NCBI RefSeq assembly: GCF_018350175.1
Contig: NC_058368.1
Coordinates: 176,330,001-176,394,000, forward strand
Length of the DNA: 64,000 nt
DNA from: Felis catus
Taxonomy: Eukaryota
Direction of reading: 5' to 3'
Made by a program: the position numbers and the translations under genes. The notes beneath the pieces were generated by a model that had not been told where the DNA came from, made no database searches, and saw nothing but the letters and a program-made list of their open reading frames with translations. Positions within the stretch are counted from its first letter, which is position 1. Each line of letters begins with the position of its first letter. Of this stretch, positions 1 through 12,365 are shown in pieces.

Positions 1-1686
1 ATACTGGGCACAGCGTGAGGTTGAAGGAGATGGGTTAGAGTACGTTTAAACGTGCAAGCCTTGGAGGAAGCGAGCGGCAGCTGTCAGGCACAAGTGGAAA
101 TTGGGTCAAGCTGAAGTGCTCTTGTGGAGATAATGAGTTCCGAAAAACCAGCCCAAAAGACTATAGGACCGTCAAGAAGGAGCAGGAATATAAACCAAAT
201 TGAATGTGCAGATTTGGAGATGCATGTGTCAAAATGAACGCCACAACTTCAGGGGGGTTCGGGGGAGCCCACCGCAGAGAAAGAAGAACTGGGCAAGGGT
301 TAATGTTCACAGGCGAAAGGTGAGGCAGCTTCACAGGTGAGAGAGAACTGGCAAAACCCTCATGAGGAGAACACAGCTGTGACCTTAACACGGAAGCCAG
401 AAAGGACAGTATTCTGATGAGTGTCTCCTTGGCTACTAGTCATGGCTCCTCTGAGCTTAACCTGAACTTGCCTAGAATCCTCAAGAGTTATCAAAGGCAG
501 AAAAGATGTGTTCCTCCCATGAGTCCGGCTTTGAATCAGTGCCTTCAGAGAGAGAGAATAGGTTTCAAAATTCTGACCTTGAGAGTCAGGGTCAGAGATT
601 GCCCTCTCCAACCGTGCTGGGATGTGGCAGGCAGTTCACATCTATCTCAAGAGGCAGCTAGGGCTTCCATCATTTCCTTTCAGTTCCATGAGCAGAGTGG
701 TGGAGCAAAAGGTCCAGCCTGGCCGAGGCCGAAAGGATTTCCCACTGTGATGTCATGACTCGGCATGCCTGTTCTGGAACCAAACCTGGATCCTGGGCTC
801 AGGGATGAGCACAGACAGGCACTGGCACAGGTGGCTGTCGAGGAACAGAGTCCGGAGGAAGATGAACTCCAGCTACTCCAGGCTCAAGGACGCGTGCTCG
901 TGGCCCTGTGACGCCGACGGGGCAGCCACGCCTTTGGGGGGTGCAGATGGGCCCGGTATGCCTCAGTTTAAAAAGAAATAAAATCAAATTGAGTTCACTG
1001 TTATGAAAGAAATGTAAATAGAGGATGCTACGATAGAATACTGGTTAAAGTATCTGGGAAGGCTTTTCCGAGGAACTGACATTTAAGGTAACAGTGAAAA
1101 ATGAGGGGTTAGTCAGGTAAAGGGGAGAAGGAAGAGCACTTCAGGCAGAGGGACCATTCCGGGCAAAGACCCTGAGGAAGGAAAGATCAAGGTGCATTTA
1201 AGGACCTGAAAAGGTCAGTATGTCTGAACTAAAGAGCAGGTGGGCATTAGAGAATAAGGTGACGTTGGAGAAGTAGACCACGACTGGGTCACACAAGGCC
1301 TTGTCAATGATTTTAGGTTTATAGTAAGCAATCAAGCAACACTGATAGGGTTTAAGTAGAATCTGATTTGCAAAAAATACCCCTCTGTGAAGAACGCCTG
1401 ATCAGGATTAAGAGTAGAAGCTGGAGAAGTCTTGAACTGAAATGGAAATGGAAAGAAGTGATCAGATTCAAGACACATTTTAGAGACAGAATCAATAAGA
1501 TTAAGTGACAGAGTAGAAATGGGTCAGGGAGAGAGAGATGTTAGAATTTAGAGGCTTATGGCATAGGCAAGTGAAAAAGCATTGCTTACTGAAGTGTGAA
1601 AGATGGGAGGAGAATCCGATTATAGAGGCAGGAGCAGTTTTTTGATCGAGAGCACTCCCAGATTAGAAGCTTGAGACGACATGAGG

Positions 1687-1879
1687 TTTTTAAAGCGTTT
1701 ATTTTTGAGAGGGAGAGTGCAAGCGTGCGAGGGGGAGAAACAGATGGGGAGAGGATCTGAAGTGGGCCCTGCACTGACAGCAGAGAGCCCGATGCAGGGC
1801 TCGAACTCATGAACTGTGAGGTCATTCATGACCTGAGCCGAAGTTGGACACTTAACCGATTGAGCCACCCAGGTGCCCC
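1687..1879 (-). mobile_element. Carnivore tRNA-derived SINE (SINEC_Fc-like)
   Basis: Reverse complement of GGGGCACCTGGGTGGCTCAATCGGTTAAG head, A/B boxes, CT-rich region and A-tail. Confidence 0.9.
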
Positions 1880-1927
1880 TGGGACGACTATGAAATTAAA
1901 AAAAAAAAAAAAAAAAAAAAAAGATGT

Positions 1928-2166
1928 GGGGCGCCTGGGTGGCTCAGTCGGTTAAGCGGCTGACTTCGGCTCAGGGCATGATCTCGCGGTCCGTGAGTTC
2001 GAGCCCTGCGTTGGGCTCTGTGCTGACAGCTCGGAGCCTGGAGCCTGTTTTGGATTCTGTGTCTCCCTCTCTCTGACCCTCCCCTGTTCATGCTCTGTCT
2101 CTCCCTGTCTCAAAAATAAGTAAAACGTTTAAAAAATTTTTTTAAAAATTAAAAAAAATTTAAAAG
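1928..2166 (+). mobile_element. SINEC_Fc-like SINE
   Basis: GGGGCGCCTGGGTGGCTCAGTCGGTTAAG head and A-rich tail; flanked by aaagatgt/aaagacgt TSD. Confidence 0.93.
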
Positions 2167-3083
2167 AAAGACGTTCAGTGGATAGTCATATCTATAGGTG
2201 TATGCTCAGAAAAGTGGTTTGGGCTGGGATATAAAAGAGGGAATTGTTAGCATAGGACAGACCTTTAAAGCTCTCAGAGCAGGTATTATCACCCAGGCAG
2301 ACAATGTAGGTAAGATGAGATGTTAGACCAGGTGCAGGCCCTGACTAACTCCAGCATTTAGAGATCAGAGGAGAAACAGCCAGCAAAAGAGTCTGAGAAG
2401 GCAGAAGTAAACTGAGCCCAAATGGTCACAGGAGCCAAAAAGACAGACTATTTCTAGAAGTGAGGCAGTGCTACCTATGCCAAATGCTGCTGAAAAAGTC
2501 AAGGATGATGAGACCAAGATGTGTCCCCTGGATTTTGTCATAAACATGTTACTGATCTCAGCCAAAACCAGTTTCTATAAAGTAGTAAGAGATCAGATTG
2601 GAGAGGGTCTAGAATGGCGCCTGCTCCGTACATATTCAATCCACTCCCTGTCTATTTCAGTCATCCCCCCCCCCAGCTCCCTTTCTTACCACACATCCTA
2701 AGCTCTAGGAAGAACAGAAGGCTTATACTCTCTCACATGGGTCATTCTCTTTCATAATTTCATGCTTCTGACTTGCTGCTTCTCTATTCTCTCTGCCAAA
2801 TCCAGTGCCACCGAATGCCCAGCCTCCACTAAATCCAATGTTACTGAAACATGAATTACTCTCATCGTAGCACTTTCCCCTGGAGATGCTGGTTCAAAGA
2901 GCCGCCACGAGCAATGAATGCCTGGCAAACTTGGAGCCAACGGACTAAACCGAAAAGCAAAGTTTTGCTTGGCTGGTATACTATTTTCCTGAGCAATCAT
3001 GATTACTAAAGAATTGTATCTGAATGCTCTCAGTTAATCTGGGTAGGCACACCCTGGGGGCTGTGGACACATCTGCAAGATTA

Positions 3084-3785
<702 letters not shown>

Positions 3786-3789
3786 TCAC

Positions 3790-3870
3790 CTTGCACCAGT
3801 TAGGCTCAGACGGCGCGCGCGCAAGGCCGGAAGTGAGGGCTTCCTTGCCGCGCAAGCGTAGAGAGGAAGC
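3790..3870 (-). other. RPL26L1: RPL26L1 non-coding exon 1 (5' end approximate)
   Basis: Consensus donor CAAG|GTGAGT at 3789-3784 inside the CpG island; gives a 403-nt intron 1 (3387-3789) to the exon 2 acceptor. Confidence 0.75.
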
Positions 3871-4222
3871 GGAGTCCCTTTCCGGTCAGAAAGAGACTGA
3901 ATGGCGCCCCCTGCGACTTGGGGTGGGATCGCAGTGCCTCAGTCTAAGGGAACCACCCCAGGGCCATGCCGCTTTCGGGGGTCAAGCCAGAAGCCACGAA
4001 GAGTTGGCACCGCGGGGGAGAAGGGGCATATTTCTGTAGGGCCTGCAACAGAGGCCTATTGGTGTGTTAAAAATAGGTACACCAATACTCTGTTTCTCAT
4101 CCCACACTTTCTTTGCCTGTTACCCTCCGCCGAGAGGCATATTGAGAGCATTCCTGATGATCCAGATGCAATCGGCTGACTTGCTTCTTTAGAAACACTG
4201 AGAAGCTTGTTCAAAATGAAAA

Positions 4223-4457
4223 AAAAAATAATTAAAAAACAATTTTTTTTTTTAACGTCTATTCATCTTTGAGAGACAGAGGGAGACAGAGCATGAGCGG
4301 GGAAGGGGTAGATAGAGGGAGACACAGAATCTGAAGCAGGCTCCAGGCTCCGAGCTGTCAGCACAGGGCCCGACGAGGGGCCCGAACCCACGAACTGCGA
4401 GATCATGACCTGAGCCGAAGTTGGACCCTCAACCGACTGAGCCACCCAGGCGCCCCC
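4223..4457 (-). mobile_element. SINEC_Fc-like SINE upstream of the RPL26L1 promoter
   Basis: Full SINE body; TSD caaaatgaaaa. Confidence 0.92.
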
Positions 4458-4689
4458 AAAATGAAAATTTTTGTGCTCCATCACAGTCGTAAGAAACCAC
4501 GCAGTGGTAAGTGGGGGTTTTAAAGCAAGCACTCCCCTCCTCCTGCCCACCCAAAGAATTTGAGGTGCAACAATAGGGCGTTGAGAACCAACCACCTGGT
4601 CTTGCAAAACTTTCCCCCAGTGTTTTAGCCCTGTTGGGGAGGGCTGGGGTTGTAGAGTCAGACCTGAACCCAAGTGCCTCTTCCTGTGG

Positions 4690-4870
4690 CTGGATCTTGG
4701 GGAGATGCCTGCATGTTTCTGAGCCTCAGTTTTCTCATCTGTGAAATGGGGATGGATGATCTCAGTAGGTGCCTCATAGAGTTGTTATGAGAACTAAGTG
4801 ATCTAATCCGTTGGGAATGTTTAGAACAGGGTCTGGCGCATAGCTCTTAATTACAGTAAGCCGTTATTCC
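4690..4870. mobile_element. MIR remnant
   Basis: MIR core ctgagcctcagttttctcatctgtgaaatgggg. Many more MIR fragments occur, e.g. near 6620-6980, 12020-12140, 24220-24890, 32840-33080, 39200-39370, 44540-44910 and 49600-49750. Confidence 0.7.
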
Positions 4871-5039
4871 TAATGAAAGCAGAGGCCTATGTGTGGGGCT
4901 TCCTCCAGGCCAGCCCTAAAGCCGGGCCTCACATCCATGAGTCCTCACATTCAGACTTTCACCATTAACTACCGATGACGCAAACAGTAAGCTTTTTGTG
5001 TTTGAAGTAAACACATTCAATGCACCTTGGGGAAAAACC

Positions 5040-5290
5040 AGCTGGGGCCTCGGCAGTCAGAGCTCGCCTGCAAGTTTGTGGCCGCTGCCCCGCCCTGCTC
5101 ATCCCGGCCACGCCCCCCCCCCCCCCCCCGGATTCCAGCCCCAACCTCGGCCCCCCGCGTTCCCGCCTCGCCCCGCCCGCCCAGTAGTGTCCGAGCCCCG
5201 CCTCCCCTCCCGGGCAGACAGCCCGGAGACACGGGCGCCACCCTACGGGCAGTCAGCCTGAGACACCCCGCGCGCGAGGCAGCTGGGAAT
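5040..5290. promoter_or_regulatory. Second small CpG-rich island with Sp1/KLF-type GC boxes and a poly-C run
   Basis: CpG-dense segment containing CCCCGCCC and CCCCGCCTCC motifs and C16 at 5113-5128, about 1.2 kb upstream of RPL26L1 exon 1. Confidence 0.55.
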
Positions 5291-5785
5291 GAAAGGTTTC
5301 GTTCTGCTCATAGAGTTTACATAGTTCATATGTATTAAGCACCTACTTTACGCCACATGTCAGAAGACGTTGTGGTGCTCAATCAACAGGCACCCCGAAA
5401 TTCAGAGAGAGGGTTGTCTTGCTAGACTCAAGCAGGTCCCCTGCTCTCTCCGTTTATTAGTGTCCCCAGGCATATGGTGACGCAATTGTTAAACACTAGC
5501 ATTTTACTCTGCCTCATGATCAGCCAGGGCATCTGCCTTGATCCCTGAACCCGATGGGTCCTATTTTAGGTTTCACTCTAGAATGCTTGCAGTCAGTGTT
5601 GGAGACTTCTGGCCTTCAGACTTAGGGAGGATGGCCAACATCCGGGCTGTTTGTAGACGCCAGGGCATTAGGGTGAGCGGTGCCAAACTTGTTGAGGCAG
5701 TGGCAACTGGAAAGCCACCCGTTGTGTGTGCCCCAGACTCCAAGAGTAAGGAGGTTGGAGGGAGAAGCGTAAGAAAGGAAGACTT

Positions 5786-5935
5786 TCTTAAATGTCTCTG
5801 CCACAAAGGAGAAATGGCAATTATGTGAGGTGATGAAGTGTTAACTAAGCTACTGTGGCAATCATTTTGCAGTAGCAACTCAACCTTAAACTCCTAAGGT
5901 TATAGGTCCATTATAGCTCAAAGTTGGGACCAAAA
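5786..5935 (+). mobile_element. LINE-1 3'UTR fragment
   Basis: ...aattatgtgaggtgatgaagtgttaactaa...gcaatcattttgcagt... is characteristic of L1MA-type 3' ends. Confidence 0.6.
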
Positions 5936-8637
5936 AAATGTCACTCACCACGGGAAGGCAGGAATAGAAGCTGTTATGACCGACTGCACATAGAAAGTCA
6001 GAGGGTTCTTCTCAAGCAGCCCTTACAGTGCTCATCAGACCCAAGGTCCCTTACCTCCCCTCCCCCATAAGTTCATTTAGTCATTCACTGGCATAACTCA
6101 TTTGCCTACTCATTTATTCCAATATTCATCCATTTGTGCATTAATTTATTGATAGGTACTAGTAATTTAGCCATAGTATGGGCCTAGATCAAGGAGCTCT
6201 GGGGAGGAGGAAGATCTATCTAGTCCCTGATTACAGTGAGGAGCGCAGAACCTCACTGGTGCAGGGCAACCTTGAGGACAGATCATTACAACCCAGGATA
6301 ATCAAGGTATATTCATGATCAACCAGGGTGGGGAGGCGATACTTGACGCTCCTTCTCCCACGGCTCAGTAAAATTAAGACAGGTGCAATGACATCACCAG
6401 ATAAGACCCTGAGAGCCTGAGGCTTTGTCACTCTAATGAGGACTTAGTGGGCTTGGCTACTATCTTGCCCCATGTCCACTCTTGGTAACACGCATGGGAA
6501 CTGGTATAGAAGCCCCAGGACCTAATACAGTGGTAGCGCAGAGGAAACGCCCGGGAAATATTTTTATGCCTCTGAGGTAGAGGGTGATGTGGTGGGGAAA
6601 CATGTGCGCCCTGATTCTGACTGCCTGGGTTTGGATCTCCATCACTTCCTGGCTGTGTAGGTTTGGGTAAGATATTGAGCCTCTTAGAGGTCACTCACCT
6701 TCCTCACCTGAGGAATGAGAATAATGATAGCACGTACATTATTGATTTGGTGTCAGGATTAAATGAACCCTTAGCACAAGCCTTGGCACAAAGTAAGCGC
6801 TTAATTAATGGTAGAAATTGTTGTTTATTAAATGAATGAATAGCAATGGCTAATCTTATTTGGCTGCGCATTTAATGCCAGGCATTGTGCTAAGTTTTAC
6901 AAACACTACCTTACTTAATCTGGTAAACAGTCCCCTGAATTGGTCCCTTTTGCAGGTGAGAAAACAGGTTCCGAATGAGATGGGAACAGGCTGAACATGA
7001 TCCACCATTACATACTCAACATGCTTATTGTTATCTTGTAGCCACTAGAGATCAGGATGAGATCTATCAGTAACATAGGAGGATGTCTACTGGAAGAGAG
7101 TAAACCTCAAAATAATATTAACAGCATGATCCCATTTTGTTTGTGGGAGGATATGACTAAAATGTTAACAATGATTATCTCTGGCTAGTGGAATCAGGGG
7201 TCCCTTTAATTTTTCCTTTTTTTACTTTTTGCCTGTCTGATTTTCCTCCAGTGGGGCCATGAGCATGTCTTATTTGTGTAATTAAAACCATGTTTTAAGG
7301 GCCTTAAATTTTTAACAAGATCTCCAATATTCAAGTTAGCTTCCCTTGCAGGCTGTTTAGAAAGAAGGAAACAAAACACAAAGTACCCTCACCACTTTCA
7401 ATTTCCCCCATTTGGGGGGGGGGGTCGGGGGTCAGTTTTCTCTTTTGATATGGACAAGATGACCTTGGGGACCAAGGCAGACCCATAACCCAGAGTCAGG
7501 CGGACAGGAGTTTGAATTCCAACTTTGCCACCTACCAGCTGTGTGACAGAGAAAAGTTACTAAATTTGTCTTGTCCTTTGTAAAAAGGAGGTAACTTCCA
7601 CCGGGCAGGACTGCTGTGAGGATAGAGAAAGACAAGGCCTGAACGATCACTCCTTGCGGGCACATGGACAATGCCCAACCGTGGGTAGCTTTTTCTACAT
7701 GAGTTAAGATAAAAACAACTTATTTTGGGCAGAATAAAGTGCATGGCCTCGTCACTACACGACTGACCAAAGACAACTATTGGGGAGGGAAAAAGGTCTT
7801 CAATGAGCCCATTTCTTAGGAAGGCGTTAGGACTACCGGTGGCCTGCCACATTGAGAAAACGTGTATCTTTGTCTCTGGCAAGAATCGAGAACTAATTTG
7901 CGACATAGAGTAGTAAGAAATGCAGCTGCCACTTCCAAGCCCCATTGCTACAAGACACTTCTCCCCAAACTTCACACCCACTCTGACACCCGCCCACCTC
8001 AGGGAGCATGGGCTGCAGGACTTGAGCTTCTCTCTTCCCTGATGCACCTCTGTAACCTCGCCCCTTGTTCAACTGCAAGCCCCCCCCACCCCAACCCCAC
8101 CCCGCAAGAAGCCATTTCTGCCCCAAACGATCAACCCCCCCTCTACGAGTCTGCGCTATAATCCCCGATTGAGAAATCCTCTTATGCGAAAACACTGTAA
8201 TCTGCTCTTGGTTAGATAGTTGAAAGAATTGGTTTAAGAGAGAAATCATACAAATGACACATACTTTAAATGTTTTACGTCCACTTAAAAAACATTTGCC
8301 AATCTTTTGACCCTGGAGCAAGGTTTTCTCATGGAGAAACCTCCCCATTGGAGTTCTCCTTCACTTTCCCTGCATAAACCATGTCCTTACATAAGCCAAC
8401 TTGAGAGAGTTCCAGTTTTGGATTCCTTAAATGTGGAGGGAGAATTTAGACCCTTTCCATGTGAATACATTATCTTCAAGGACGCCCCCCTCCCCCGCAC
8501 CCCTTCTTCCCAGGTCTTTTTAGTAAGAGGTCTTGCTCGTATCTAATTTGGGAGCATTTTGAGGAGGGGGGTGGCAACTCGCCTTTATCAGGTCTCTGCA
8601 AAGTGTACAACTTAGTTGTACTAGATTCTTTCATTTT

Positions 8638-8846
8638 CCTTTTCTTGTTTATTTATTTTTGAGAGAGAGAGAGAGAGAGCACAAGCAGGGGAGGGGCAGA
8701 GTGAGAGGGAGACCCAGAATCTGAAGCGGGCTCCAGGCTCTGAGCTGTCAGCACAGAGCCCGATGTGGGGCCTGAACTCATGAACCGTGAGATCATAACC
8801 TGTGCCGAAGTCGGACGCTTAACCGACTGAGCCACCCAGGTGCCCC
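8638..8846 (-). mobile_element. SINEC_Fc-like SINE
   Basis: Full body; perfect TSD gattctttcatttt (8624-8637 and 8847-8860). Confidence 0.93.
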
Positions 8847-9724
8847 GATTCTTTCATTTTTCAATCCTGTTTCACTGGTTGATCACATCATGACAGCATA
8901 AAGCACGGCTGGCATAAAAAGGCTTGGGAAGACACGTAATTGACCACCGGCAGCATATTCCTCCTGACCTTCAGCTTTGAGTGTCACAAGAACTCTAGTA
9001 TCAGGATGCTACAGAGAGAATCCGTGAAGTTTCTTGCAGAGCGGTTCACTGCCACATTCATCCCTGATGAATGATCCACGTTCATGCTGTTCCAGGTGAG
9101 GGCCTTGAAGAGCCGAGAGCAGGGTGGTAAATAGCCATGTCAATCTCCTTTTCAGAGCTGGGATAGTCTCCCCTTTGCTGAGATTAAGTCTGAACAAGGA
9201 TTGCCAGATCCTTGGAAATCAGAGAGAATTTATGAAACACCTTTAATTTATTGCAGCCCTTGGTTCAAAGCTGTGGTTAAACATGTTAGTTAGCCCTGTT
9301 CCCTGTTCCCAAAGAGACTATATTCTATTTCGGAATACCTGTATGAAACAACTCCCATTTTTGAAAATTTACCACATACCCCTTTGCCACATCCACAAGC
9401 TCCTTCTGATCCAGTCTGGCTTACTTGTGCATATTACAGATTTAATTTCTGTAACAGCCCTGATTGTTTGATTACTCTCCCTATTTTCACCTGAGGAAAC
9501 TGAGGCACTGAGTGGTTAAGAACCTGACCTGAGGCTACACAGCTAGAAAATGGCAGATCCAGGAATATTCTGTAGGGACTCAATAAAGAAGGGCTGGTTG
9601 CACGAGATCTTGACTTTCCAATCATCCTCACGGATCTTTTCCACATTTCCCCATTTTTCTCCTCTAGAATTAAATTCCATTCTGACTGTGTGCCCAGCCT
9701 CTAGGCTACCCAGCCCCAATCAAG

Positions 9725-9769
9725 TAGAAAGAAACGCACAACAACAGTTCTGAAAATCAGCCTTTTAAT
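9725..9769 (-). terminator. Probable ERGIC1 polyadenylation signal ATTAAA with GU/U-rich downstream element
   Basis: ATTAAA at 9769-9764, followed about 17 nt later by TGTTGTTGTGCGTTTCTTTCT. Confidence 0.7.
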
Positions 9770-11551
9770 CTATTTGAACCCAACGAGTGGGGAAAGAACT
9801 AAACCATTTTTTCCCTTGAGATTGTTTATAAGAAAAACAGGTCAGAGGTGTCTCTTCCATAGGAAACTGACATCCCCCATGTCCTCAAGAGTTATTATTT
9901 TTTTTTCTGAAAAAAGCATAAAAGTGGAATTTCAACTCATGTGCATGCCACACATTTCCCCACCCCACCCTGCCCACCCTCTACAGGTGCAGGTATTCAC
10001 ACACCAAAGAGACTCCTTTCTCCAACTGGGGAACAGAAGGTGAAAAAAAAAAAAAATCCATCCAAGTGGCCACAGATACCAGAGATAACCAAATGCAGTT
10101 TGCACTCACAACATCAGTCAACTCGTATGCAGAAGGGGACACTTTTCTAACTGGAATCCAGAGCCAAAACTTACAAATGGCAGAGACTTGAGCTATCCAT
10201 AGAGATAATTTAAAAACTTCCACCAGACACTCCCCTTAATTACAAAAGTATGCAAACAATCTTGATATAAATGGAAAACAGGCAGGCGGCTCTCTCCCTG
10301 GGACACAAGGGCATACCTAAAATTCCCCCGGGGTGGCATTTGTGCCTGGACCATTGCAGCTCCCTTTCCGGACTGAAGGGGAAGGATGAGGGTGAGCAGC
10401 GGGGTAGGGACCCACCTCAGGAGCAAGTGGGGAGACAATGGAGCTGTCCCCAGGGACCAAGAACCTATATGGCCCCTGATGGGGGGGGGGACCTCAGTGG
10501 CAAGTGGGCCACAACTGAGCTGCAGAGAAGTCCGAGTGCTATGCACCCGCTGGAAGCCTGGAAGGTAGATGTCCAAAGACAGGGCTGATCTGCTCTGCTT
10601 GCCCCACCTAAGGCCTTGGGACTGATGGCAACTGTCCAGGAGAGGGTGAGACATGATTACTTCAGGGCTGCAGAGAAGGATACCTTCCATCTGGACATGA
10701 GTGCACAGACCATGTCCGGTTTTCAAAGGATGATTCCCCAGTGACAACCAGCCCCTCCACCAAGAGATGCTGCTGCCACACAGCACAGGGGCTGAGGCAC
10801 ATTGGTGGGGATGGGGATGGGGTTTCAGAGAAACAAGGTGAAGAGAGGAAGGAGAACTTGCCACCCACCCAGTTTCCAACGGGCAGACCTGAGTTTCCAC
10901 CGCTGCTACCCAACAACTGGGCGCCTGCTTCTCAGGAGAAAAAGAAATGGGTGGGGGTGAGGGACTTGAGCCTGAGCTCTGAGATGGACAAGAAGGGATG
11001 GAGCAAAGGCGAGGGTTCCACCTATAGCGCCACATCCCAGGGACTTGCCTGGGAAGTACCATCCTTATTGAAGGCGCAGAGTGGAGGTACCCGAGGGCAG
11101 TGTGGTCCAAAGCTGAGAGCCCCGGTCTGCAGGCCGGCTCCCCAGGGGAGAGGCCAAGTGATTAGTGCGTCCAAATGGTGGGAGCTTCGAGATTGTCAAA
11201 GCCTGGTTGTGAGCTGGTCGACGTGGATTCTGGGCTGTTCCCCTAAGAGGGAAGGAACTGCAGCCCTCCCAGGAGTGGTCCCCAATATCCCCGCACCTCC
11301 CTTGCCTGACTGTGGTGGTCTCGGGGCTCCCCAGGAAAAGGGGCACCACGACTTCAGGCAATGTAATTCGTGTCAAATTAAAGATGGGGAAAAGAGGTAG
11401 CTGCGAAACCGTGAGCCGCCCCCTGCCTCCCCCCACCCCCACTTTGGGATGCAGCCAGATACTGGGCCAGATAAGAGGGCAGGAGGAGATGGGGGGCCGG
11501 AAGCAGGGCTGGCAGTCTCCCGGGGTCCTCGGCCATTGGGCCGGCGGGTCG
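9750..11551 (-). other. ERGIC1: ERGIC1 3'UTR (about 1.8 kb; end approximate)
   Basis: Repeat-poor sequence running from the stop codon to the first good poly(A) signal. Confidence 0.7.
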
Positions 11552-11659
11552 TCAATGCATCTTGCCCAGCTGGATCTTCTTCCAGGCCTCCGAGGCTGTG
11601 AAGATACAGGAGTCCAGAATGCCGGCAACAGTGAAGGTCCCACCGATAATGGCACAGAT
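11552..11659 (-). CDS. ERGIC1: ERGIC1 exon 10 coding part (second transmembrane segment and cytosolic tail), TGA stop
   Basis: tttcAG|ATC TGT GCC...; encodes ICAIIGGTFTVAGILDSCIFTASEAWKKIQLGKMH*, with TGA at 11554-11552. Confidence 0.97.
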   Translation of the reverse strand: MCAIIGGTFTVAGILDSCIFTASEAWKKIQLGKMH

Positions 11660-12365
11660 CTGAAAGGGCGAGGGGGGAGGGTCAGAGGTCAGCGCCGGAT
11701 GGAGCACCAGGCCACACCCCTCCCAAATCACCAGCTCTGCCCCATAACTAATGGGGTCTGGAACATATGCAGGGTTCAACAAAACCCACTTATTGGATGA
11801 TGAATTTAATAACAATAAAAGTAACCATCAGCAGCTCCTTTAAATCCCATACCAACCGTCTGAATGAGGAAGGGGATTAGTAGACCCGTTTCAACGGTGA
11901 GAAAACCCAGGTTTAGTTAGGTAACTGAATTCACATTGGAAGTAACACAGCTGTGACCTGAACTCAACTATGTCTTGACCCTGGAGCCTGTGGTCCTAAC
12001 TTCCACTCTAAATTTATCAGATTTTTACAGTCCCATTTGCAGATGAAGGAATGGAGTTTCAGAAAGGCAGTGCCACTGGCCCAAGGTCACACAGCCAGGA
12101 AGTGGCAATCCCGGGACTTGAACCTGGCTCTGACAGGTCCAGGCCCAGCGCTGCCTGTGACTGAGATCCGGGGTGGGCCGAATAGGCAGCATTGGCCTGG
12201 ATGGACGGGAAGGAGAAATAAACCTCTCACTCTCCAAAGCTTGTAGGAGATCAGTGAGATGGGTAGTAATCAAAAAATCATACCAACAAATGCAAAAGTA
12301 CAACCAGGGCAAGAGCTACAGAAGAGAGGGAGCCTCTGGCACTACCAGAAAGCTTACATTACGGC

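Larger units (their letters stand above)
980..2610 (-). mobile_element. Old LINE-2 remnant, interrupted by two SINEs
   Basis: Purine-rich degenerate sequence typical of antisense L2 on both sides of the SINE pair; recognised by eye. Confidence 0.5.

Noticed and set aside
1928..2010. tRNA-like A/B box sequences
   Set aside because: These are tRNA-derived SINE heads followed by the SINE body and A-tail, not tRNA genes.
1586..2091. Recurrent similar small ORFs (MAQSVKCPTSAQVM..., also at 4263, 8653, 13080, 32587, 35994, 39011, 49035)
   Set aside because: They look like a gene family but are translations of SINEC_Fc copies.
8605..8621. Palindrome GTACAAC-TTA-GTTGTAC
   Set aside because: A 7-bp stem is expected by chance several times in 64 kb.
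10741..11800. Plus-strand ORFs of 219 and 162 aa antisense to the ERGIC1 last exon
   Set aside because: GTG starts, low-complexity G/P/S/R composition, no recognisable domain; expected in GC-rich sequence.
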